From NCBI RefSeq assembly GCF_020745735.1, contig NC_083413.1, positions 92,739,900 to 92,803,899 on the forward strand: 64,000 nucleotides of DNA. The letters are read 5' to 3'. Position 1 is the first letter of the stretch. Every line of letters begins with the position of its first letter. The position numbers and the translations under genes are program-made. The DNA comes from Hemiscyllium ocellatum (Eukaryota). The notes below the pieces were generated by a model that searched no databases, was not told where the DNA came from, and worked only from the letters and a program-made list of their open reading frames with translations. Below, one piece after another: positions 49,760 to 59,923 of this stretch.

Positions 49760-52450
49760 AGAATCACATAATACAGCACAGGAAAAAGGCCCTTTGAACC
49801 ATCCAGTTCACTCCGATCAATACCAGCCTATTCTAGTCTTGTACCAGCACATGATCCATTGCCTTGTGTGACTTGCGCTTGCAAGGATACATCTCAATAC
49901 TTCATACTTATTACGAGGGGCTCAGTCTCCTAATGACTTATAGGTGCTGAGCTCCAGGCTAACACCACCCTCTGTTTGATTTTGTTTTCCCCTGAGATCC
50001 GCTTGGAACCTCCTGACATTACCTTCACTCTGTGCCCCTGAGGCATTGATCTCTCCATTAAGGGGAAAGGTTTCATCCAGTTTACCCTGTCTATGCCTAA
50101 ATTAATTCTAGACATCATGATAATCCTCTCCAAAATTCTCCTCTGCTCCAAGGAAAACCCCTGTCTATCTAATCTAGTTTCATTACTAAAACCCTCCAAC
50201 CCAGAAAAGATCCTGGCAAATCTCATCAATACTGCCTTCAGTGTTATCACATTCCTTCGATAGCATGCACACAACGCTTCAGTATGGCCTAACCAGTGTT
50301 CTACTAAGTTCCAGTATCATCTCCCTACTCTTCATTGTCAATGTCTAGGCTAATAAAAGCAAATGTCCTCCCACCTTCTTAGCCTATTTATCCAGACGAC
50401 ACAGTACTATAGGGGATATGTGGGTACATACACCAAAGATCCTCAGGCCTTTCCAGGGTTCCACCATTCAAAATGTCATACCTCACAGATTCTTCTGCCG
50501 AATTACATAACCTTACATTTATCCAGAATAATTTCCATTTGCAACTTCTCTTCACATATCCTCCTGCAATCTAAAGCCATTATGCTCATCACTTACCAAC
50601 ATGACAGTTTTCATTTCATCTGTGAATTCACTGGTTAATCCTCCTAAATTTGAGTCTCAATCATTGATATGTAAGAGAAATAGCAAGGAAATCAACACCA
50701 ATCCCTACGGAACACCAGGAGACATAGATTTCCAGTCACGCAAACACCCGATGACTATTATCTCCTGGTCCCACCACTCAGCCAGTTCTAGATCCAATCT
50801 GTCAAATTAACTCGGATCCCATTGGCTCTGAATATTGCTATCATCTGAACATCGATTTATCTCTCTGAAAACTACTATAAAATTGTCACACATTACTTCC
50901 TCTCAATAAAACCGTACTGATAATTGTTGGTTTATCTTCCAAATGAAGACTAATGTCATTTCTCAGTAGTTTCCCTACAACTGAGACTAGCTTGGCAGAT
51001 CTGTGTTTTCATTATTTATCCCTTGCTTTGTTCTGCATTACAGTGCAACGTTGGCTGATCTACATTCACTTGGCACAACTGCTAATTTATTGTCAACGAC
51101 GCAACTATTTCATCCTTTGCATTGCTCAACCGCTTGGTATACTTTTCATCTGCCCTGGAAATATAACCACTTTTCATCCAGCAAGACAACACAGAACATC
51201 ACGTCATGTGCCCTAATTTCTGAAACCACATCACAACACCTCTCCATGATTTCTGTCCCCACATTGTCCATCTTACTAGTGAACACTGACACAATGCATT
51301 CATTTCAACCACAACCTAATCCTCCGGCTCCATTCCAATAATAACACTTAATGGGCATTACAGTTTCCCGAATAATTATTTTATTATGAATGAGCCTGTA
51401 ACATTTAAAAATATTTTCCTTTATTTTGACTGCTATTATTTTCTCACGGTTCCTTTTGCTCTTCTAATTCCTTTGTCTTTCAAGCTCCCCCTTGCACGTT
51501 CTGTACTCCATTCTAAGTCCTATTGTTTTGAGATTTCAGTGTAGACCGGAAGCCTCCCTTGTTTCTCTTTATCTCCCCCTCCATGCCTTTTGGTGTCCAG
51601 AGCCCGCTGCTTTCTTGGTCGCATGCAGTGGCTTCCAGGTAAATGTCCTCTCTGTGATTTTCCTATCTCTTTCTTAAATGTGTCACACTGCTCTGACTCA
51701 GATTTACCAATATGTGTCAGCTTCCAGTCCACTCTGGTCAAGTCATTACCCGATCTTACTAAAACTGTCCTTCCCCTTTTCCGGACTTTGGGCCAATTTC
51801 TATTCCTTTGCAGTACAATCTAAATCCAACTGATTTACGATCACTGTCTGCAAAGTGCTCCACCATTGATGTTTTACCCACTGGGTCGACTTCATTCCCA
51901 AAAGTTAAGTTCAGGTTCACACCTCTCTTGCAACGTCTGAATTAAAATTCTCTGTATTAAACACATACTTTTTAAAAATATTCTCCTGGGGGCATTTTCA
52001 GAATTGTGCTCCCTCTAAATTTTTGACAAAATGAATATCCAAGCCTATGCTGAGGAAGTTTAAAACCTCTTTTCTCATCCCCCTATTTAATTTACATTTC
52101 TCTGAAATTTACCCATGTATTTGCACTTAGTCTTTTGGACCTATAGTAAGGTCTATCATGCTCTCCCAGTAGTTATGTTTGCTGTATTTTGGTTTTGAAG
52201 TACTGTCCATTTGCCTTTGTTCGAGGAGGTATCCATGATTTCATTTCTCTTTACAGCATAAAATACTCTAGTCAGAATTGCGACAGAACCAACATTCTGT
52301 ACCGCCCCCCCCCCGCCCCCATCCTTTTCCATCTTTCCCTGTCTCGCCTGAAGGCACTAAATCCTGGAACATTGAATAGCCACTCCTGCCCGGCTCTCAA
52401 TATTTCTCCGTGATAGCAACCGCATTATTTCCTCATTTATGCTGGTATTG
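49760..52450 (-). mobile_element. Old CR1-type LINE fragments in the Cmu1-Cmu2 intron
   Basis: Minus ORF RFARIFSGLEGFSNETRLDRQGFSLEQRR (49930-50274) resembles the CR1 ORF2 C-terminus; further decayed LINE-like sequence follows, with approximate boundaries. Confidence 0.55.
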
Positions 52451-52746
52451 CATCTGCCTTGTTCATCACTCTGTCATTAAAACGAATACCATCCATCCAA
52501 CATTGCTGTCTCCCTTCTGATGTTTCCGGCCTATAGTTTTTATGCCTCCTTGATTCCCTTGCTGTGTCCTTTAATTTTTGCCTTTCACATTGTCCTGCTG
52601 ATCTTTTTGTGTGGATCCCAGCTTCTACAGCACTCTGCACAATTATGATTCTTGAATCCATTAACCACAAGAAACCTTGATGTATGAAAACTGATTGTAT
52701 TTGTTCTGAAATTCGTCAGATAATTTATGCGAAGTGTTTCCTATAG

Positions 52747-53058
52747 ATCCAGGTATCCTCCAACCAACTCTTCTCCTAACCGTGAGCTCCAGTGAAGAAA
52801 TTGCAAGCATCAAGGTTGCAACTGTCGTCTGTTCAATCATCGATTTCCATCCGAAGTCAATCTCCATGAGTTGGTTGAAAAATGGCCGACCCTTGGATTC
52901 TGACTTCTTCAAGTCTCCCGTGTGTGAGGCAAACGGGAACTTCTCGGTGACGAGTCGGCTGATGGTCCCTTATGGTGAATGGTACAACAGCGAAGTCTAT
53001 ACCTGCCAGGTCACTCATGGGGAGAACATTCAAAGTAAAAACATCACCGCACTTCAGA
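52747..53058 (+). CDS. IGHM: IgM Cmu2 exon (open)
   Basis: CCTATAG|AT acceptor (alternative in-frame AG at 52751-52752) and A|GTAAGA donor. [41 protein letters not shown]...NFSVTSRL...[15 protein letters not shown]. Confidence 0.93.
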
Positions 53059-54979
53059 GTAAGAGACACATACTGAGAGAGCTACAAATCACTCTGAACT
53101 CTGATGTGAATCAAACACACTAATTTATCAGGTGTAGTAAATAGCATGGTACAGCTTCTCATTTCCCAACATGCTACGGATCTTATTTCAGTTTGAGTGT
53201 TACATTAGCATTGCTCATAATTCAACATTTTGGCAAGTCAGAAAAGCATGTTTCCCTCTGTTGATGATAGATATATAGACAGTGAGCTTTGCAAATAGTT
53301 TGTTGCCTGATCATGCTGGGAGAGGCATTCAGAGTCTTGAATCCTGGCTGGTAGCTGCTTCAAGGATAAGTTTGGGAATGGAGGGGGATATTGGAGAGAT
53401 ATCTGATTGAAACATAGAAAATACTGAGAGACTGAGTTCAAGTAAACGTGGAATAGATGTTTTGACTGTTAGGCGAGACTAAGACCCAAGTGTACAGTCT
53501 CAGGGTCAAAGAGGCACCGTTTAGAACTGAGATGGGGAGGAATTTCTTCAGCCAGAGGGTGATGAATCTGTGGAACCTGTAGCTGCAGAGGGCTGTGGAG
53601 GCCAGTCTATTGTGTGTATTCAAGCCAGAGATAGATCGGCTCTTGTTTACTACAGGGAGAAGACTGTCGAATGGCCGAAACATCGATTTTCCTGCTCATC
53701 GGATGCTGCCTGACCTGCTGTGTTTTTCCAGCATCATTCTGTGCTAAACTCTGGATTGGCCGAACAGCCTTATTCTCATCCTCTATCTTATGATGTTGTG
53801 GTCTCAAAATGACGTGGTTAAAATATGCAGTGATCCTTGAAAATAAATCAAAATGCATTCAATGCTTCACTCCCTGCTAAGGAATGAGCTGTTGGCCTTG
53901 GACATTGTACGACATTGATTTTTAGCTGGTCCTGAGCTCTTTAATTTCATTTATGGGATCAGACCACAGACCAAGTGGGTGTCACATTTGATGAACTGGG
54001 ATAAACGTGATCTCACTGAGCTTATTTAAGATGCTCTCTGTAATTAATAGATGAGGTGGGAGAATAAATTCAGGTAAGAATGCTACAATAGGGATTAATG
54101 AATGAAGAACGCGTGACAGGCTGATTTCGCTTGGTTTGGGGTGATGATGTTTACACAGTGAGTAGTGGATTTCTTTAAAATTAGTGTACACTTGCATCGC
54201 GTTTGTAAATTAATTTAAGATGCTTTTGTTGGTTTTTTTCTCCCCTGATCTGTGAAGAAATTAAAAAATGCAGCTTGGAAATAAAGTGAAAGTAAAGACC
54301 AGTCATGAACTAACTGAATGGAGTGAAAGACTTAAGGAGATAGGTGTCCTTCTCTATATCCAATGCTGTACTCAATATCTTGTTTTCAGATCTAGTCCAA
54401 ACACAGCCCACGAGGAACAATGACATAAATTAGAGAATGACATCACACCAATAACGCAAAGTATTTTTGATCACGTTAAATATAATGAACAGAATTTCCA
54501 TGGATGTTCCCTGCTCCTGTAATACCTTAGAACTCTGAAAAGAGAATAATTATTATTTATTATAATTTGTCCAAAATTTGCGATGTGATTTGGCAGTCAG
54601 CGTGACCAGCAGCACTTGCACCTCAGGGTTATGAACATGGAAATGAACTCATTATATTCAGATTACTCTTGTCACACGTATCAATAGATGGTCTTAAGTG
54701 AGAGACAAAGTCTGAAAGAAAGGTAATTCCATGGGTTACATGATGGTATTTTCGATGATTTTACTTTTTTCCACAGGCTTCACTTGTTACAAAACCAGCG
54801 TTCTTTGGGAATAATTACACAGTCTATGTTATAGGTAATCACAAATCAAAATACATCAACAATAATAAGCATCGTTTCAGCAATGGTTGGAGTTGCCATT
54901 TTGAAGGTGATGTCTTCACCCTGTGAAGAAGTAATCTGAAGACTGGGTGTTTTTATCATAAGTAGTCATTTTTCATTGA

Positions 54980-55700
54980 AGTCTGGTTGAAGATTTGTAG
55001 CTCGGGTGTCCGTTGTTGGTTCTGTTCGCCGAGCTGGAAGTTTTTGCTGCAAACGTTTCGTTCCCTGGCTAGGGAACATCATCAGTGCTATTGGAGCCTC
55101 CTGTGAAGCGCTACTTTGATGTTTCTTCCGGTATTTATAGTGGTTTGTTCTTGCCGCTTCCGGGTGCCAGTTTCAGCTGTAGTAGTTTGTATGTGGGGTC
55201 CAGGTCGATGTGTCTGTTGATGGATGTTCTTGCCGCTTCCGGGTGTCAGTTTCAGCTGTAGAGGTTTGTATATGGGGTCCAGGTCCATGTGTCTGTTGAT
55301 GGAGTTTGTGGATGAATGCCACGCCTCTAGGAATTCCCTGGCTGTTCTCTGTCTGGCTTGTCCAGAGAACAGCCAGGGAATTCCTAGAGGCATGGCTTTA
55401 ATCCACAAACTCCATCAACAGACACATGGACCTGCACCCCATATACAAACCACTACAGCTGAAACTGACATCCGGAAGCGGCAAGAACATCCATCAACAG
55501 ACACATCGACCTGGACCCCACATGCAAACTACTACAGCTGAAACTGACACCCGGAAGCGGCAAGAACAAACCACTATAAATACCGGAAGAAACATCAAAG
55601 CAGCGCTTCACAGGAGGCTCCAATAGCACTGATGATGTTCCCTAGCCAGGGAACGAAACGTTTGCAGCAAAAACTTCCAGCTCGGCGAACAGAACCACAA
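54980..55700. mobile_element. Family-A PLE insertion forming a ~340-bp-arm inverted repeat, 13-bp TSD
   Basis: TSD CATTTTTCATTGA at 54967-54979 and 55701-55713. Arms ~55012-55351 and 55363-55700 with an 11-nt loop. Hammerhead motifs at 55049-55088 (-) and 55626-55665 (+). Confidence 0.92.
55626..55665 (+). ncRNA. Minimal hammerhead motif (family A), sense to the IgM pre-mRNA
   Basis: GCA-CTGATGA-T-GTTCCC(TAGCCA)GGGAAC-GAAAC-GTT-TGC, identical to 11779-11818. Confidence 0.75.
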
Positions 55701-55733
55701 CATTTTTCATTGACTTTGATTTTTCTTTCATAG

Positions 55734-56042
55734 AAGATACCGAGTGCCACCCTAATACCGTTAAAATCCTCCCACCACCATTAGAACAAGTCTTACTGGG
55801 GACGACGGTGACGTTAGCCTGCGTTGTGTCAAATCTTGCTTCTGGAGTCAATGTGACCTGGAAACAAGAAAAGAAGCCTGTGAAATCAGAGATTGCTGAC
55901 CAGCCTGGACAGAATCCTGACAGCGTGATCAGCTAATTAGACATTTCGACTGAAGCCTGGCTGAGTGGTGTTACATTTGAATGTGTGGTGTACCAGCAGA
56001 ATCTACCGACTCTGCTGAGAGACTCCATCCACAAGGAGAAGG
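55734..56042 (+). pseudogene. IGHM: IgM Cmu3 exon with in-frame stop
   Basis: TTTCATAG|AA acceptor and G|GTGAGC donor. (K)[47 protein letters not shown]...[40 protein letters not shown]; TAA at 55934-55936. Confidence 0.92.
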
Positions 56043-56499
56043 GTGAGCAGTGAGATTAAAACACAAAGGATCCCATGTGTAATCCAGATCCAGTTACATC
56101 AATGGCAGGCTTTGATTAGTAATGAACAAACACCGTTGGGAGCATTAATGATGCATCTGAAGGCAGGATAGCTCAGTAGCTAATTAAGAAGAAGACTGAC
56201 CAAAGTGTATTCTATTCTTATTAAGTCAGATAAGGTGGGAAGAAGCCTGGGTTGTGACGTCACCATCAGCAATGACAATTGGACAGAATGCCCTTGTTGT
56301 GGGCTGGAAACATGGAGGCGACTTTCACATTAAACTTGTTACTTCTTTCCCTGCACAGAATGTGTACCATTCTGCTCCTTTAGAAAACGAAAGTGAATAA
56401 ATCCCAAATTAAAAATGTTGTATTTTGATATTTAGTGAAATTGTGATATTGGTTCAGGATGTTTTTGGATGATTTATATTTGTCTCAAATATTCTGCAG

Positions 56500-56891
56500 T
56501 GATTAATCCACTGGAGCCATCAGTGTCGGTCCTCCTGCCACCAACAGAAGGAATCTCCGCTCAGAGGTTTCTCTCCCTCACCTGTTTAGTGAGAGGTTTC
56601 TCCCCCCAAGAGATCTTCGTCAAGTGGACAAACAATGACAAGCTGGTGATTCCCAGTAACTACAAGAATACCGAGGTGATGGCGGAGAGTGACAACATCT
56701 CCTTCTTCATGTACAGCCTGTTATCCATTCCAGCGGAGGAGTGGGCCAGCGGTGCTTCTTACTCCTGTGTGGTGGGACATGAAGCGATTCCATTGAAGAT
56801 CATCAACAGAACAGTCGATAAATCTAGCGGTAAACCGAGTTTTGTAAACATTTCACTTGCACTAATGGACACTGTTAATTCATGTCAATAA
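56500..56891 (+). CDS. IGHM: IgM Cmu4 exon plus secretory tailpiece (open)
   Basis: CTGCAG|TG acceptor. PSVSVLLPP...[19 protein letters not shown]...[43 protein letters not shown]. The tail has an N-I-S sequon and penultimate Cys. Internal TM donor G|GTAAAC at 56830. Confidence 0.95.
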
Positions 56892-56932
56892 AATATCAAT
56901 GTTGCATTTAATAATTCAACAGAAGAAATAAA
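56887..56932 (+). terminator. Secretory-form polyadenylation signals
   Basis: AATAAA at 56887-56892 (overlapping the stop) and 56927-56932, followed by a GT/T-rich tract. Confidence 0.7.
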
Positions 56933-58069
56933 GTGTTTTTTTTTCTCCGGTTGTGAGATAAATACTGAATTAGTTGTTTCTCACTCTGACTTACACTACA
57001 TCTGTGTAGTTAAAGTGGATTATTAACAGGTGTAAGACGAATGTCTTGTGCAGTTAATGTTCCCTGCTCAGATACACCCTGGGTCAGAGACAGAGTAAAG
57101 CTCACTCATTTCAGGCTTGCGCCAAGTACCTTACCCATCCTAAATCTCTCTGTGACATAATCTGACAATATCCATTTTATGTCAAGGGTAGGGCACGAGT
57201 TTTGAACTTGGCGTTGTTGATTCCCCCGATTGGACATTCTTACAAAATTCATGTCAGTTTTAAACTGCCACATTGCACCAATTGGAAATGTAAATTTAAG
57301 ACACTTTAAAATGAAATTTGATTGGAACTTACCAATCGTAAAGAGTGCAGAGCAGTTTGAATGTAACCTTTGTTTCTGGGGAACTGCCAGGGATCTTGTG
57401 CCAGCGCATGAGTTGACAGAATGTAGCTTCACTTTCACACCAAAGAGAATCGATAGATAAGTTGTTGTGGAGCAGAGGGTAGGGGAACGATGAATGGTCT
57501 GTCCTTTTGCTCCCTCTGCAGAGTTTTCATGGTAGATGTCCTCTGTAATGTAACCCAGTTACTCACGGGAGCGGACAGCTTCTTGCTTACTGTCTAAAGT
57601 TTTAACATTTCCATGCAAAATAATACCTTTGAAACATGTTGGACACGCTTGGCTCTGTTAACAAATGATTAACATTGATTCCCATGATCCAAAACTGGTG
57701 TTTACATCGTCTCGGTTTGAATTCCATAGTTTTGTCTCAGTTTTCTGGAGCACATGGGATCAGTTCTGGTATTCGAATACCTGATATCATTTTGTTTCAC
57801 ACACTGAACACAAGTAGACATTTTCTAATAATCATATTCAGAAATGTTATCTCTGCGGCAGTGGGGATTTGAACTCACACCTTTTCTCTCAGAGACAGAA
57901 ATTTTATCACTTCAACAGAAGAGTTGCTCATAAAGTGCTTATCTCTCCATGACGATGGGAAATGTTTCCTACAAGGTCAGATCTAATTATAGGCAATCCA
58001 TTAAAATTAGAACAATAAATTAGAATAATAAAAATTGCAGTCTGGTATAAGAACAGATGCAGAGAGATG

Positions 58070-59100
58070 ATCGCAAATACACACGTAATGACACATATAC
58101 GGGCTCTCACCTAAAGACACATATTTATGTGCACACTCAAATGTGAATAAGGATAAGATGTCACACATGCATACTCGCACAGAGCCACACATGCAAGTGG
58201 CACTTGAACACTCACCTAAGCTCATACAAAAACTCACATACACCGGAAGAAAATCATTTTCACAAATGAACAGGGGTACTCAAAACCATGAGAAACATAG
58301 ACACACTGTAACACGCAAACAGGCATGAATACATATACATTCATACAGCACAATGCGTACAGACATACAAGCATGAACACACAGATACAAATTCCAAAAA
58401 AATGTCCTCCCACATGTCAACTCACACAGGCACGTAAGTGTACAGAGATAAACATTAATATCATCATTTTCCCATTTTCAGAATCACAAACATACGATAA
58501 CAGTGGCAGCTTCATTAGTTATTTTTAAAACACATTGATCAGCATGTATACAATGTCACACGCACACACAAATTCAGAGTCTCACATGCAGACACACAAG
58601 TACATAGATCAACAAATAGAGGGGCGTTTATTGAATAAGGATAATGGGCACAAGCATCAGCAAGCATCCACAAACACTAACACAAACAAACTTCTCAGGA
58701 GATGGTTTCGGAAAGATTGGCACACAAGCAAACATCATCATATAAATATAAACATCCATCAAAACATAACATTGCATGCTAACATTTATTAAGCATAAAC
58801 ATGAAAATAACCTAGTTTAGGTAGAACCTGAAACAGACGCATAAGCACACATTTTAGATAGCACTAATGAAAAGTGAACACTCACAAAGACATTACAAGA
58901 TAAGCATGGGCAGCAACGAAATAACATATTACATGCTGATGCTTACACAATGTGAAAATACCAAAATTCCGGTGCACAAACACATGAGCACACCAGCAGT
59001 AAAGGAACAGGAATATGTTTATTCAAGCACAGACTCCAACATGGGCAAGAGTGAAGTAAGAGACTCTCATAACCACATACACAAACATTAAAGGGAAACC
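58070..59100 (+). repeat. Long degenerate A/C-rich low-complexity tract in the Cmu4-TM1 intron
   Basis: About 1 kb rich in CACACA/ACATAC words, G-poor on the top strand. Confidence 0.55.
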
Positions 59101-59652
59101 AATCACACCAAGCAGTAGCTCAAATATATTAAGGGACATATGTACAAAAACTTATTCCTAAATATACAGATCCTACAAACAAAAATATGAAGCAATGTCC
59201 TGACTGTGATGTCACTTATATTCACGATTTGCCAAGCAATTGGTCACCAATACATAAAGGTGAGAATCACATTTGAATTTTTATTCAGTGATGGCCACAA
59301 TTTTCAACTAAAGTGCTCTCACAGCCTATATTTAAAATATATTGATATAATTAAAATAATCATTCATAATAAACATTCCTCAAATAATAATATCCTTAAA
59401 TAATACATTAAAAGAAAAATAATTTAAAACATTCTGACATGGACAATGAAGGAAGAACATGTGCAGTTAGTACTTGTAATTTCTTGCTGAGCATCAATAA
59501 TGCACTAATAGATACAGATAAGAGTCACACTTGAGAAATACCTGACTGCTTTATGAACATTTAATGGTCTCTAATTACATAACTTGAATGCACATAGATC
59601 GATCTGGATCAATAAACGATCTAAATGCGTTCTCTCGGCTTTATATTCATAG

Positions 59653-59761
59653 ATTCAATAGATCACACTTGGATTGAAGACTATGAGGATGATAACAACA
59701 ACATCTGGACAACTGCTTCCATGTTCATTACCTTGTTCTTCCTGCCGTCACTCTGGTGAAG
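59653..59761 (+). pseudogene. IGHM: IgM TM1 exon with frameshifting deletion
   Basis: TTCATAG|AT acceptor and AAG|GTGAGA donor. (D)SIDHTWIEDYEDDNNNIWTTASMFITLFFL, then in a shifted frame CC GTC ACT CTG GTG AAG (VTLVK); the conserved S-I-x-Y-S-x segment is missing at 59744/59745. Confidence 0.88.
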
Positions 59762-59893
59762 GTGAGAATAATCACATCTTTCTCACACCAAGCAGAGTTT
59801 TGTTCAATCTCTAAGTGTACCATTGAATAAACATTAAATCTGAAAATCTCTGATCATAAATATCTGCGTCATTGCTTTATCTCTCTTTTCCAG

Positions 59894-59923
59894 GTTAAGG
59901 GAATGAATTGTGGACCCCTTTGA
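59894..59923 (+). CDS. IGHM: IgM TM2 exon (VK...), apparently lacking the usual stop after VK
   Basis: CTCTTTTCCAG|GTT AAG GGA ATG AAT TGT GGA CCC CTT TGA, 132 nt after TM1. Confidence 0.65.
   Translation, partial: VKGMNCGPL

Noticed and set aside
56469-56499. [10 protein letters not shown] as the N-terminus of the Cmu4 ORF
   Set aside because: Intronic; the exon starts at the CTGCAG acceptor (56500).
37900-59923. IgW or IgNAR identity for the cluster
   Set aside because: Four C exons, a [20 protein letters not shown] tail, a conventional VH with WVRQ/GLEW and two D positions all fit IgM. No additional C exons were seen.
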